DNA from: a virus
IMG/VR virus record: IMGVR_UViG_3300017565_000003
DNA length: 64,000 nucleotides
Strand: one strand, 5' to 3'
Shown here: positions 9,551 to 20,411 of the stretch, in pieces
Position numbering within the stretch: the stretch's first letter is position 1
Layout: each line of letters starts with the position of its first letter
Notes under the pieces: model-generated
Told to the model about the DNA's origin: nothing
Databases searched by the model: none
Seen by the model: the letters and a program-made list of their open reading frames with translations, nothing else
Position numbers and translations under genes: made by a program

Positions 9551-10204
9551 TCACACCTTCTTTCCTTTGATAACTAATAAGCCAACACCATTTATGGACT
9601 TTGTGCGATCAATTCCAATAATTTGATACTGCACACCGTACATAGTGAATTCTTTACCTTCATCTATTTCAGCGTGTTCAGTGAATTGAATTGTCGCTTG
9701 CAATTGTCCTTCCGGTAAGTTGATAGCTTCATCAGAATTATCAGAGGTGATAGTAGTTTGTGCAATGCAAGGGAGGAGAGTGGGTTCAGATGTAGTGTAG
9801 CTCCATATTGGTTCTCCGAATTGATTGACTCCGGTTTGAGTTCTTGTAATTTCACCTGGAAGAGGGAAGTATGTGTTGCAAAGTTTTAATTGGCCTTTAG
9901 GGTAAATTTCACTATCTACAAAACTAAGTAGTAGATAATTTTTCCCTTTGTATTCAACAGTTGAGCCAATATTAACTATTGAATCTGCCCTAAAGTGTAT
10001 AATCTTTTCATCATACTCATTATCTTGATTTACAATTGAGTCCGTATCAATCCCATTAACCTTTACAATAGAAAACGATGGGGAAGAGTTGAATTGTTGA
10101 TTAACAATCCTTTTTGACATGTTTTTTGAAGAATCAGTAGGATTATTACCTTTATCATCTAACCTCTGTATATACCTTGTTATAAAATCCAAATCAATCA
10201 CCAA
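9551..10204 (-). CDS. Head-tail joining protein (YomX-like)
   Basis: Beta-rich, position in head-tail cluster. Confidence 0.5.
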   Translation of the reverse strand: MVIDLDFITRYIQRLDDKGNNPTDSSKNMSKRIVNQQFNSSPSFSIVKVNGIDTDSIVNQDNEYDEKIIHFRADSIVNIGSTVEYKGKNYLLLSFVDSEIYPKGQLKLCNTYFPLPGEITRTQTGVNQFGEPIWSYTTSEPTLLPCIAQTTITSDNSDEAINLPEGQLQATIQFTEHAEIDEGKEFTMYGVQYQIIGIDRTKSINGVGLLVIKGKKV

Positions 10205-10490
10205 CCCTCAGTGACTTCTCAATTAAATCCATACAATGAAATACTTCTCGCTTAATCACTTTAATGTCAACTGTTGATTGTAAACTGTCATCGTAAAAAT
10301 GTTCTAAAATACTTATTAGAGTGACAACAGTAGGGATTTGATTTTCTTCGACTAAATACTGTAAACCATATATTTCATAAATAAGAGAGTCAATATTTTG
10401 AGGTAAACCTATATTTTCTTCCTCAAAAAGACAAAGTAATTTGTAAAATTTATTTATTAATGATGTGACATATTCATTTGTAATTTTCAT
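10194..10490 (-). CDS. Hypothetical phage protein (YomY-like)
   Basis: LINKFYKLL...IKREVF motif; coupled to neighbours. Confidence 0.5.
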   Translation of the reverse strand: MKITNEYVTSLINKFYKLLCLFEEENIGLPQNIDSLIYEIYGLQYLVEENQIPTVVTLISILEHFYDDSLQSTVDIKVIKREVFHCMDLIEKSLRVGD

Positions 10491-10492
10491 CC

Positions 10493-10912
10493 CTAAAAAC
10501 CTACCCGATAGTAATACTCAATCATTAAAGTATTTGCTTCATCTTTGAAGGTTTGTCTTAATTCTCTTACTTCTTTAAGTTGATTTGCAGGGGAGAAGAG
10601 TTTGAAATCTTTAGATCCAAGTCTTTCTTCTAATAATTCATCTCGTAGAATTTTAGGGGATAAGTATTCAACAACCATTAAAGTAGAAAGGATTTCTTTT
10701 TCCATTTCTGTGAGAGTGATATTAAATTGTTGTAATAAATCATCTCTGTCAGATAAATCTTTAGTTGAATAGGTGAATTTAGGAATAGATGATTTCAAGA
10801 AATCATAAAGTAATTCTTGTGCAAATTCAAAATCATTCACAATTTTATCTTTAAGTTGATAATCTTCAATCTTACCTAAGAAATAGGCATAAACTTCTTC
10901 ATAAGGTGTCAT
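10493..10912 (-). CDS. Head-tail adaptor (YomZ-like)
   Basis: MTPYEEVY...KDFKLFSPANQL motifs; synteny. Confidence 0.6.
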   Translation of the reverse strand: MTPYEEVYAYFLGKIEDYQLKDKIVNDFEFAQELLYDFLKSSIPKFTYSTKDLSDRDDLLQQFNITLTEMEKEILSTLMVVEYLSPKILRDELLEERLGSKDFKLFSPANQLKEVRELRQTFKDEANTLMIEYYYRVGF

Positions 10913-10926
10913 TTAACACACCTCAC

Positions 10927-11370
10927 TTATTCTTCGTCATCGTAGATTTTCATTTTAGCTTTCTTTTCAATAATATCGATTTTAGCTTTGCTATCAAGTT
11001 TTAGTTCTCTAGCAACTTCGACAAATTGAAGAATAATAGCCTTCTCAGTGATTTCATTTAATTCTTTTTCAAGTTTTTTATAATTACCTTGAACAAGCTC
11101 AATAATCTCTTCATTGCGAACAACATTTGAATTCGTTTTCTCACCAGTTTCAGTTTCAAGACCTAGTTTTACACGAACCTCTTTGTCATCAATCCAAAGC
11201 ATTCCTTTTTGGATAACTTCTTGATTAATGTGAATGTAATCAATTTCCTCTTCATCAATCTTCAAAAATGAACCTTGTTTCGGCAATAGTCTAAATGATT
11301 CAGGTGTTGGATTCAGATAAAAACCTAACCCACTATGAATGTTATTAATAACTTTTACTAGTTTCCCCAT
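10927..11370 (-). CDS. Phage protein (YonA-like)
   Basis: Immediately downstream of capsid; LDSKAKIDII C-terminus. Confidence 0.5.
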   Translation of the reverse strand: MGKLVKVINNIHSGLGFYLNPTPESFRLLPKQGSFLKIDEEEIDYIHINQEVIQKGMLWIDDKEVRVKLGLETETGEKTNSNVVRNEEIIELVQGNYKKLEKELNEITEKAIILQFVEVARELKLDSKAKIDIIEKKAKMKIYDDEE

Positions 11371-11440
11371 GTTTAAATCCTCCTTGTATTCATAAGAATA
11401 AGGAGTCTACAATCAGACTCCTCATGTTAAAATTATTTAA

Positions 11441-12406
11441 TTAAACGATTGTTACTAGACCAAGGTTGTGTACTTGAAGTACGTTTACGCCAACTTTTTG
11501 TAAAGTCTTTTTAGTTACAGAGCCATCATCGAAACTTTGTTGTTCTAACATTTCAGCGTCACCTTCGAATGTAACTTTAACCGGCTTGTCAGCATTTACA
11601 GGAAGAACATAGATAAGATTGTTATCTAATACCCATTGAGTATTAGTTTCATCAGTGAAAGTGTTTGGTAATTGAACAAGAGCTTTACCTTCCCACACAC
11701 CAATAAATCCATCTCTGTTAAATGCGTCTTTCATGTTATCAGACATAGCAGATTTGAAACCAGAGTCAGCAGTAATGTTAGCTAAAGCTACAGATGTACC
11801 AACGATAACTGGACGACCATAAGCTGCAACAGTGTTAGCTACGTTACGTACTTGAGCTAAAGAGAAAGCTCCAGAATATTTGTTAGCAGCAGGAGCAGAA
11901 CCCATACCAGTAACAAAAGTAGTTTGGATAGTTTTCATTACTTCTTCATTGATAGCTTCAGCAATTTCATCAATCATATCAGTGAAAGCTTCTGCACGAC
12001 CAGCAAGAATATCATCGAACTCAGCATAAACAGCAGCACCAAGAGCCTTTGGTTGAGCAGTTACTTTACCTTTGTAAATTTTTTGTCTGCGAATCTCAGA
12101 ACCTAAAGCAACATATTCAACTTTTAAACGACCGTTACGAACGTTATATTCTTTCTTTTCTCCGTGTCCTACATAAGCAACATCAGCGATAACAGAAAGA
12201 GCGTCACCAACTTTAACTTTTAAAACTTCGTTTACGTTTTCTTTGATAATTGCATTGATTTCAACTTTATTGCGATCATAGTCTTTTAATAGAACACTGA
12301 AAAGCTCAACCATTTCTTGTTTACGTTGTTCAACTGTTTGACCTTCAACAGAAGAAGTGTTATTTCTAACATCCATACATAATTCTAAAACTTTATTTTT
12401 ATCCAT
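11441..12406 (-). CDS. Major capsid protein (YonB-like, HK97 fold)
   Basis: 321 aa, strong codon bias, YGRPVIVG and GVWEGKALVQLPN motifs, downstream terminator, synteny. Confidence 0.8.
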   Translation of the reverse strand: MDKNKVLELCMDVRNNTSSVEGQTVEQRKQEMVELFSVLLKDYDRNKVEINAIIKENVNEVLKVKVGDALSVIADVAYVGHGEKKEYNVRNGRLKVEYVALGSEIRRQKIYKGKVTAQPKALGAAVYAEFDDILAGRAEAFTDMIDEIAEAINEEVMKTIQTTFVTGMGSAPAANKYSGAFSLAQVRNVANTVAAYGRPVIVGTSVALANITADSGFKSAMSDNMKDAFNRDGFIGVWEGKALVQLPNTFTDETNTQWVLDNNLIYVLPVNADKPVKVTFEGDAEMLEQQSFDDGSVTKKTLQKVGVNVLQVHNLGLVTIV

Positions 12407-12445
12407 ATTATTTTATCCTCCAATATTAGTTAAGTTTATTTTAAA

Positions 12446-12916
12446 TTAAGCTACTTCAACTTGAAGTACGATTGCATCTTTACCATTTAATTGAGTTTTC
12501 TCAATTACACGGAATTTTTGAGCAGGTGGTGTAGTTCCTGGGAATGTAGAAGCAACAGTGAATTTACCGCCAGCTTTTGCATAAGCGAAGTCACCAACTG
12601 CAACAGCACCAAAGTTAGCACGATCTCCAGTGAAATCAATTTGAGTAGTTGTGAAGATATCTCCTCTTTCTAACTCGTATGTACGTGCTTGCATAGCTCC
12701 AACTTCATTACGGAAATCAGATTCATCAAGTGAATCATATAAGTTAGCAACAGAAGCTACTAATACTTGTTTTTTAGTTGGATCAGCAGTAGCAGCGATC
12801 TTTTTAGTAGCATAGTTGATTTCAGCTAATACTCCATTCTCAATTGCTGCATTAAAATCATAGTGGTAAGCGTGACCTTTCATTAAATCTAAACGTACAA
12901 TACCGTATTGTCCCAT
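12446..12916 (-). CDS. Capsid decoration / structural protein (YonC-like)
   Basis: Between scaffold and capsid; GDIFTT motif; highly expressed codon usage. Confidence 0.6.
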   Translation of the reverse strand: MGQYGIVRLDLMKGHAYHYDFNAAIENGVLAEINYATKKIAATADPTKKQVLVASVANLYDSLDESDFRNEVGAMQARTYELERGDIFTTTQIDFTGDRANFGAVAVGDFAYAKAGGKFTVASTFPGTTPPAQKFRVIEKTQLNGKDAIVLQVEVA

Positions 12917-12966
12917 ATTAATAATTCCTCCTAATAATGTGTTTGTTAAATTTATTTATAAAACTA

Positions 12967-14472
12967 TTAAGCTTCAATTCCGTATTTTTGTAGAATGTTC
13001 TTTGGAATTAAATCTTCTTGCTTTGAAGCAACGATTGTTACAGTTTCATCTTTAGCAGATGCAGTTTCAACTGATGTTTTTTCTTTTGCAATTTCTTCAA
13101 CAACTACAGAGTTTAATTCTGTGCTATTTAATTCCTGAATAGCATTTTGAACTCTTTCAGATTTGAAAGTTTCTTCAGATAACAATTTCTCATAGCGAGA
13201 AGATAGTTCAGCAACTTTCGCTTCTTTTTCAGCAGTCTCAACTTGCTCTTTGTACTTGTTTAATTCTTCAATTGCAGAATTAAGTTCTGTAACTTGACCT
13301 TCTAATTCTTTCTTTGTAGACTCTTGAGAAACAATAGTCTCATTTAATTCTGTTACTTTTGACTCTAATTCTTCTAACTTAGTTTTGAATTCAGCAATTT
13401 CAGTTTCTTTTGTTGATAATTCAGCTTGCAATTCTTCAACAGTTTTTTCCATGCTTAATTCAGCCTCCTTCTTTAATTCTTCTAATTTATTATTTAATTC
13501 AGTTACTTGTATCTGCAACTGATCTAAATTAACACCTTCAGGAATAAATCCTAATTGACCTTTAACCCATTGATCTTGTGAAGAAATAACGACTTGATCA
13601 TTAGAAATTGAATATGGAATTTTCCATAATTCTGTATAGTCGTACTCACTTTCACAAATTACATAATCAACATAAACATCTCTAATGTAATAATTATATT
13701 GACGTTTATTATTTGTTGGATTTAAAGGGTTTAAAATGTTATAAATCTGCCCACCAACATCTTTAAGTTTTAGTGAGTTAACTTCAACTCCATCATGGAA
13801 TCTAATTTCAATCCCTTTGTTAAAAGTATCAGTCATATTTTCAACTCCTTTCATATCTTTATTAATCTCTAAATCTTGTTTTATTGCTTGGGCGACTTCT
13901 TTATCAGTTACACTTAACACACCTGCATCAGAATCTGCTGGAGGGGTAGAAACGCCTAGCAAACAATTAGAAAGATAAACGTAATTTAAAGGATATCTGT
14001 ATTCTTGTGAAGCTTCGTCATTGTATTTACTAATCTCAACTTCAACAGAAGAAGTACAAATGCCATCTGTGAAATTTCTTTCGATAACTTCGAATATCTT
14101 AGGATATTTATAAGACCATATAGTTGCTTTAGCAAATAAGGCTTCAGTATCATCATCTTCACTAATCTTATCAATCCAGACTTCTGTAATAGTACCTATT
14201 GCAATTGTATTTAACTCGACAATCTTGCCGGTTTTAGGATCGACTACTTGTTCGTGACCACCTAAATCATCGATATTTTCATAATAACGACACACAACAG
14301 GCTTGTTGATAAGAGTTTTCATTGCAGTTTCAGTATATTCTTTTAAAAAGTCCAAACCATTAGCGTTAACGTGATTTAATTTATGTACAAGCATAGTTAT
14401 CTCTTTTGCTGTAGAGTCTATAGTTTGAGATATTTCTACTATACTAGTATTAATAGTTTGAATTTTATCCAC
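12967..14472 (-). CDS. Prohead protease-scaffold protein (YonD-like)
   Basis: N-terminal LGGH...SSVEVE...CLLG protease-like region plus long acidic coiled-coil C-terminus. Confidence 0.7.
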   Translation of the reverse strand: MDKIQTINTSIVEISQTIDSTAKEITMLVHKLNHVNANGLDFLKEYTETAMKTLINKPVVCRYYENIDDLGGHEQVVDPKTGKIVELNTIAIGTITEVWIDKISEDDDTEALFAKATIWSYKYPKIFEVIERNFTDGICTSSVEVEISKYNDEASQEYRYPLNYVYLSNCLLGVSTPPADSDAGVLSVTDKEVAQAIKQDLEINKDMKGVENMTDTFNKGIEIRFHDGVEVNSLKLKDVGGQIYNILNPLNPTNNKRQYNYYIRDVYVDYVICESEYDYTELWKIPYSISNDQVVISSQDQWVKGQLGFIPEGVNLDQLQIQVTELNNKLEELKKEAELSMEKTVEELQAELSTKETEIAEFKTKLEELESKVTELNETIVSQESTKKELEGQVTELNSAIEELNKYKEQVETAEKEAKVAELSSRYEKLLSEETFKSERVQNAIQELNSTELNSVVVEEIAKEKTSVETASAKDETVTIVASKQEDLIPKNILQKYGIEA

Positions 14473-14512
14473 TTATTAAATCACCTCCTTTAAGGGGGAG
14501 TTACAGATAAAT

Positions 14513-14650
14513 TTATTTTTGAATACATTCTTCACAGTCACAGTTTTCTTGATGTGATTCTTGTTTAACCCCTAATTCAATAAATTTATTAATGTTCTTA
14601 GAAGATGTTTCTGTATTTTTTTGAGATAGTGGGGGAGTGAAGCCTTTCAT
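14513..14650 (-). CDS. Small protein with C-terminal HxxxCxCxxC motif (45 aa, not in ORF track)
   Basis: MKGFTPPLSQ...HQENCDCEECIQK with AAGGAG RBS. Confidence 0.5.
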   Translation of the reverse strand: MKGFTPPLSQKNTETSSKNINKFIELGVKQESHQENCDCEECIQK

Positions 14651-14669
14651 ATTATCAACTCCTTATGCG

Positions 14670-15842
14670 TTACGCTATGTTAGATAAGTTTACTTTTAAT
14701 ATTTCCTCAATATTGTCAAATTCCCAATAAGGAATACGAAGAAGAGGGATGTTGTTTTCTCCGCAATAATCATTTTTTATTTGGTCGTGCAACTTAGCAA
14801 CTTTCAGATTTTCTATCGCTCTTTCTTCAGATATGCCACCGAATCTTATAGGCTTGTAATGTTGTTCACCATCATATTCGATTAAATAAATTAATTTATC
14901 TGTATTGTTAAATATAGCGAAGTCGAAAGGTAAAGGAAATACATTCCTACAGTCTTGAAACCAATATTGTGATATATTGCTTATATTATACAGGTCTAAA
15001 TATTTAGAAATTTCTTTTTCTCCTTTTGAGGATTTACATCTTGGACATCTATTTCCCTTTAAAAAAGAGTTTGGAGACACCTTGTATTCAAAATGCCCAC
15101 AGTCTTCGCTATTATGCCTCATCATTATACTTGTTTTGTTATTGATATATGTTCCTAAAACACTATATTCATTTTTTGTTAAGTTATAAACATCTCTTGT
15201 GAAATCATCATGTGTTTTATAATGACCTGCACATTTAGGACAGCCATAACCATTTAAAATATTATATGGAAGAACCTTGTATTCATGATATCCGCATGAA
15301 GGGTTGTTATGTTTAACTGCTACATGAATGTCTGAACACTCATATTTTGTTATTATTTCAAATTCATTCCCATATAAATTAAAAATTTCTTCAATAAAAG
15401 TTTCGTGAGATTTTGTTCTTTTTAATATATTCTCTTCTTTTTTACATAAATGGCAATTACCATGTAAAAATATAGATTTTGGCGTAGTGTTAAATTTCCT
15501 CCCACATTTTGTATGAGTAAATGTCATAACAGTGTTTTGATTATAGTATTTATCTTCAGTTGTAAATTCATTGTTGAAAATATCTCGTAATCTAGCTTGA
15601 AACTCATTATCAGAAAATGCTTTCTTTTGCCTCTTTGTTTCTAATGCACATTTTGGACATCTTTGTCCATTTAAGAATGCATTTGGTTTCATTTCAAATT
15701 CATGATTATCACAAAATTTATTATTGTGTCTAAATATTAATTTGTCATGAGATCTTACGTAATTGGTAACTACTGTGAATTCATCTCCAACCAACTCAAA
15801 AACTTTATAGACAAACTCTTCATGTGTTAGTTTTTTAGGCAT
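14670..15842 (-). CDS. Zinc-ribbon repeat endonuclease (Vsr/DUF559-like C-terminus)
   Basis: Four HxxC...GxRCPxC repeats; SKGE...LPFDF...IEYDGEQH nuclease motif; likely start MPKK at 15842 (AAAGGAA RBS). Confidence 0.75.
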   Translation of the reverse strand: MPKKLTHEEFVYKVFELVGDEFTVVTNYVRSHDKLIFRHNNKFCDNHEFEMKPNAFLNGQRCPKCALETKRQKKAFSDNEFQARLRDIFNNEFTTEDKYYNQNTVMTFTHTKCGRKFNTTPKSIFLHGNCHLCKKEENILKRTKSHETFIEEIFNLYGNEFEIITKYECSDIHVAVKHNNPSCGYHEYKVLPYNILNGYGCPKCAGHYKTHDDFTRDVYNLTKNEYSVLGTYINNKTSIMMRHNSEDCGHFEYKVSPNSFLKGNRCPRCKSSKGEKEISKYLDLYNISNISQYWFQDCRNVFPLPFDFAIFNNTDKLIYLIEYDGEQHYKPIRFGGISEERAIENLKVAKLHDQIKNDYCGENNIPLLRIPYWEFDNIEEILKVNLSNIA

Positions 15843-15898
15843 TATTTTCGTTCCTTTCAAAATATGATTCAGGTCAAAATATAAAAAGAGAGTAAGAA

Positions 15899-16069
15899 TT
15901 AAACTTTTCTCACTCTCCATATATCTAACAATCTATTTAATTCAGTAGTACCTTCAAACAAATAACACGTTTTTTGGGTTTTATTATGTATTGATGATGT
16001 AAAATACTTCTGCCCATTGTTTAATAAAAATTTTTTCAAGGGTAAACTATAGCAATAGAAAATTTTCAA
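15899..16069 (-). CDS. Small DUF5659-like protein (56 aa, not in ORF track)
   Basis: TTG start with AAGGTGAT RBS: MKIFYCYSLPLKKFL...YLFEGTTELNRLLDIW; resembles 47297..47491. Confidence 0.6.
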   Translation of the reverse strand: MKIFYCYSLPLKKFLLNNGQKYFTSSIHNKTQKTCYLFEGTTELNRLLDIWRVRKV

Positions 16070-16089
16070 AATATCACCTTCTTAAAATA

Positions 16090-17622
16090 TTAATTAACCG
16101 ATGGCTTTGGATTATTATTCCCACCCGAATCTTTTGCTTTTATTGTATTTGGATTCGTGGGAGTATCAATCTGTTCTCTACCAGGACTTTTATTTTCAAC
16201 TTTCCCACTTTGCGTATAGGCATTTTGAGGCGGATAAAGTATTTCATCGGTTTTTAGGATTTTTCTTTCATACTCAACTTGAGAAATAACATTTTCATAT
16301 GGTAGTCCTGTTACAGCTTCCAACCAGAATTTTGACACTCCGGTCTGTAAAAATAGGTCTTTAAGTTGGTCAATATGCTTATCTCTGTCTAACATTGTAG
16401 TTTTGGAGAATACTAATTCACATGAAACACTGTTAGGTAAAATTTGTTTAATGTACCTATTGATCAATACTTCAAATTTTTCTAGAAGGGTAAATACATA
16501 CCTAAAAAACTTTTGACTATTTAAGGTTGCTGAACTGAAATTACCACTACTACCGCCACCATATATTAAAGCTGGGCTAATACCTAAATTCATGAAAATA
16601 TCATTGTCAATTTTTTCGTAAAATTCTTTTTTAAACATTTCAGTATCAACTTTTAATGTTTCTAGCTTGAAAAAGTGAGGGAGGGCAATCGTCCCAGTTC
16701 CACTGGATTCATTGCTACGTTGATTCATTCCATCCTTTTTTTGCATTAATTTGCTTACTTCATTAAAATAAGCGGTAATAACTTCTCTTGGTACCGGCTT
16801 AGTTCCCTCTTTGTCTAAGGTGGACGCATAGAGTATTATTACTTGTTTTATAATACGGTCAGCAACAGATCTCTCTACTCGATTAATCATCTCTTTTTGA
16901 AGAATTGATCCCCACGCACCAATAGATATTGGCAATCCATAAGGAAAGTTCCTGGGATTATCGGCAGCAATTACATCACAATTCTTTAACTCTACATATC
17001 TATAATCTTCGCCTTTATTCTTATATAAATTAAGTTTGGCAACTGTTACTTCATCAGGTAGAGATTCTATTATTGCTAATTTATCTGAGACAGTTTTATA
17101 TCTCTCAATAGATTTTAAATCATACTCAACTACCCATCGACCATTCCGTTGTTTTATAATTCTAAGGTCGTCTATTTCGAGAAATTGAACGTACCTTCTA
17201 TTTCTAAGGCAAGTAACAATAGTGCCCATTTCTCCAACCTCGTAGTATGCATCACGTAAAAAATTCTTTAATTCTATCTCTCTAAGAAAATCGTGAACCT
17301 TTTTCTCATACTTCTTTAACTTTCTTTCATCGTCAACTTCCGACCAAGATAAAACATAATCGAGAGTTGGAAGAGATTTGAAAGTTCTGAGGACTTCTTT
17401 AACAATCCCGTTTTTATTAGTTAAGTATTTACTTGATTTTTGAATCTCTTTGATATGAGAGTAGGGGTTTTGTAAGTACTTATAAAGATCTGTTAGCTTT
17501 AAATCATTCAGTGATGCACCGGAACCATATTGAGTTATATAATCAGTTAAACCTGCTACTTCTATCCATTGCGAAAAATCGTCTGATGAGGTGGGGGAGG
17601 TGGTTGTGTTTTCTGTTGACAT
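16090..17622 (-). CDS. Portal protein (YonE-like)
   Basis: 510 aa directly after terminase; LGISPALIYG and YPPQNAYTQSG motifs. Confidence 0.75.
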   Translation of the reverse strand: MSTENTTTSPTSSDDFSQWIEVAGLTDYITQYGSGASLNDLKLTDLYKYLQNPYSHIKEIQKSSKYLTNKNGIVKEVLRTFKSLPTLDYVLSWSEVDDERKLKKYEKKVHDFLREIELKNFLRDAYYEVGEMGTIVTCLRNRRYVQFLEIDDLRIIKQRNGRWVVEYDLKSIERYKTVSDKLAIIESLPDEVTVAKLNLYKNKGEDYRYVELKNCDVIAADNPRNFPYGLPISIGAWGSILQKEMINRVERSVADRIIKQVIILYASTLDKEGTKPVPREVITAYFNEVSKLMQKKDGMNQRSNESSGTGTIALPHFFKLETLKVDTEMFKKEFYEKIDNDIFMNLGISPALIYGGGSSGNFSSATLNSQKFFRYVFTLLEKFEVLINRYIKQILPNSVSCELVFSKTTMLDRDKHIDQLKDLFLQTGVSKFWLEAVTGLPYENVISQVEYERKILKTDEILYPPQNAYTQSGKVENKSPGREQIDTPTNPNTIKAKDSGGNNNPKPSVN

Positions 17623-17665
17623 AATATTCCTCCTTTCTTAATTAATGTTTAGTTTATTTGTTAAG

Positions 17666-19459
17666 TTAAAAACCTGATTGCATAAAGAAGAGATAGTCAT
17701 CAGAAGATGAATTATTATCATTTAATCTCTCACCTTCCAAAACCTTGGCTAAATAATTTGAAAATCCAAGACTACTAAATCTATCTTTCCTTTTTCCTGA
17801 TTTTTCTTTAATTTTAATAAATCCACCAACAATTTCATGCTCAAGATTTACTAACTCATTAACAAGTAAGGTAGCTTGAACAAAGGGTAACTCGTAGCTA
17901 ACTTTATCCTCAACTGATGCACTATAATAATATTTTTTATCAGATAAGAAATCTCTTGCTTCAATTTCACTTATTGGTAATTCAATGTTAGAACTTTGTA
18001 GATTGACACGAAGAGAAGTTGCAATTTCATGATTAAGTCTAGCCCCAGCTTTAATTGAGAATACAACAGGTAGTGGGTTAGGGGACTTGGCACGACTTTT
18101 CATCTCTTCATCGTTATAAGCACACCAAGCTTCATACTCAACATCTCGTTGTTCATCATATTGAACTTTAGCTAGTTCATCATAAACCGACATACCGTTC
18201 CCGTGCGTATCAAGCGCAACGTAACTTGCTTGAAAATCTTCAAATATCTGTTTAATTCTTATAGCTTGATCCTCAGAATGCTTGCCCTCAATCGATTCAA
18301 TATAAGAAACTTTTCTAAGATACTTGTCACCGTTTGGTATCAATCTCATACAAGTTATAATAGTATTATCGTTTGCATTACCTCCCATTAAGGCAACGTC
18401 AACCCCCATGATACGAATCTCTCCGTCACGTAATTTCTCTTTACGCTTATTTTTTTGAGTAGAGTAATCAATATTCTTTATAGGGTAGAAAGGATTCTTT
18501 AGTTTTCTATTCTTTGTTATATCCTCAAGAGCGAATATAGCGTTCGCATTCTGACCATACATGAGATTTTCGTACTCCATTAGAAAGCTGATCTCGTCAA
18601 AATCAGAGCTTTCACGTTCCTTTTGGATACGCTTTTTACTTAGCAATCCATGATGAATAGATGTTAAGTAGTCCAATGAAAATATAGCAACATCTTTTCC
18701 TTTTAACATCATGTCTCTGGCTGATTGCATTGATTTCCACATCCAGTGGGAAGTGTAATATGCAGATGAAATATATAGTTCAATGTTTTCTTCGGCTAAA
18801 TGTTTATATTTTTCCTTTTTTAGAAACGGAGGTTGTCTATAAACGTTTAGAAAGGGCTTTAAAACTGTATTGAGGATAGTTTCATCAATCATACGAAATT
18901 CTTCCAAAATTAAGATGTTCCCGCGATACCCTCTTGAGTTTTCTGAAGAGGTGACAGCTTCAATTGTTGAACCATTATGAAATACTACACTTGCCTCGTT
19001 AGAAGATGATTTAATCTGTTTTATTTCTCTTGCTAAGTTAGGATATTGCATTAACTCTTTTTCAATTTTTTCGGTTATGATTAATTTCGCTTGTTTCTTT
19101 ACGCCTGATGCTATAATTACTTTCGTTCCAGGGTAGAGTACACAGCGAGCACAAGCAAAAATACTTATCATGAACGATTTTGAGAGGCCACGAGCTGCTA
19201 CAATCATTACGAAAGTATTAAAGTTCATAAAGAAAAGTAAAATCTTTTGAAAGAAAAACAGCTCAATACCAAAATAATGATCTATAAATCTATGCATATT
19301 GAGTCTATAAAATGTTGTCCATTTCTTTATCTGTAATCTCATACGTTCGTCTTTGCTCATATTATCTTTAACTTTACTAACGCTTTTAACTTTATTGAGT
19401 TGGTTCTGACCTTTTGAATTTTTATTTCGATCTACTTGATAATTCGGAATTCCAGCCAT
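17666..19459 (-). CDS. Terminase large subunit (YonF-like)
   Basis: Walker A ARGLSKS, RGYR, Walker B LILEE, RNase H-like nuclease GVDVA...KDRFSS. Confidence 0.9.
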   Translation of the reverse strand: MAGIPNYQVDRNKNSKGQNQLNKVKSVSKVKDNMSKDERMRLQIKKWTTFYRLNMHRFIDHYFGIELFFFQKILLFFMNFNTFVMIVAARGLSKSFMISIFACARCVLYPGTKVIIASGVKKQAKLIITEKIEKELMQYPNLAREIKQIKSSSNEASVVFHNGSTIEAVTSSENSRGYRGNILILEEFRMIDETILNTVLKPFLNVYRQPPFLKKEKYKHLAEENIELYISSAYYTSHWMWKSMQSARDMMLKGKDVAIFSLDYLTSIHHGLLSKKRIQKERESSDFDEISFLMEYENLMYGQNANAIFALEDITKNRKLKNPFYPIKNIDYSTQKNKRKEKLRDGEIRIMGVDVALMGGNANDNTIITCMRLIPNGDKYLRKVSYIESIEGKHSEDQAIRIKQIFEDFQASYVALDTHGNGMSVYDELAKVQYDEQRDVEYEAWCAYNDEEMKSRAKSPNPLPVVFSIKAGARLNHEIATSLRVNLQSSNIELPISEIEARDFLSDKKYYYSASVEDKVSYELPFVQATLLVNELVNLEHEIVGGFIKIKEKSGKRKDRFSSLGFSNYLAKVLEGERLNDNNSSSDDYLFFMQSGF

Positions 19460-20293
19460 TTAGTCATCATCCTTAACATTAAAATCCTTGGAAATGTTAA
19501 AGATATTCTTAAATGGTCGAACGAACCAATTCTCAATATATTGCTTCAACTTGTCAAAATCTTCGTATATTGACTTGGATTCAAAGTGCTCACAAGGTTC
19601 ATCTTGTTCAACTGTCTTAATCCAAAGCCCATAGGTAGATAATCCTTTATCATCATTTGCACCAGTCGATTGTATTGGTTTAATATTCCCGTCATTATGT
19701 AGCTTTGATGACAGTTCCATTAAATCTTTAAATTCTTTGATATTACCATTAGCCAATGCCTTTTCAGCTTGTAAATGGACTTTGCCGATATTCTTATATA
19801 AGTTAACTTGAACGGGAGTTTCTGTTGCATAGTTATGGGAATACTCGAAAAAGAAATTCTCCAGATATTCTAGTTCGCTGTCACTATAACCTCGACCCCA
19901 TTTTTTCACCAATTCTTCATTATCTGAAACGATTGTACCCTCTTCATTTCCGATTGGTATATTTGTAGAGTCACTATCTTTCCATGTTAACTCTCTATTT
20001 TGGCGCAATCCTAAGTTTTTCATATAGATACGAAAGTTTGACTTATTAGCTTTTTCAGCTTCTTGAACAGATGAATCCCATAGATCTTGTAGGAAGGGCT
20101 TATCAACCATTCGCAAAGCATTCTTTATTTGATTTAAATTATCTCCATCACGTTCAGCATAACTGCAATAACAATCTTTGCAAATATGCATTTTACCGGT
20201 ACGACTATGAAAAGGGGAGGATGAAGCATAAAATTCATTTATACTCTTCTCTTTACCACAGTCGCCCGAACAAGTTTGTCTGTCCTTTTGCAT
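19460..20293 (-). CDS. YonG-like zinc-finger protein, possible terminase small subunit
   Basis: CxxxC...CKDC zinc finger, KWG motif; abuts terminase. Confidence 0.55.
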   Translation of the reverse strand: MQKDRQTCSGDCGKEKSINEFYASSSPFHSRTGKMHICKDCYCSYAERDGDNLNQIKNALRMVDKPFLQDLWDSSVQEAEKANKSNFRIYMKNLGLRQNRELTWKDSDSTNIPIGNEEGTIVSDNEELVKKWGRGYSDSELEYLENFFFEYSHNYATETPVQVNLYKNIGKVHLQAEKALANGNIKEFKDLMELSSKLHNDGNIKPIQSTGANDDKGLSTYGLWIKTVEQDEPCEHFESKSIYEDFDKLKQYIENWFVRPFKNIFNISKDFNVKDDD

Positions 20294-20411
20294 AATCTTT
20301 CACCACCTTATTGTTAAAAACCCTTTAGTTAAGAATCAATAGTAGAGAGGGGAGGACTACTATTGATTCTTATAAAAAGATTCTTGAGGGGATATAGATA
20401 AAATTGATCTT

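Noticed and set aside
2478-15535. Isolated ATAACAG heptamers in the left arm (about 2479, 6431, 12189, 15526)
   Set aside because: They lack the second box 13 nt downstream; consistent with chance
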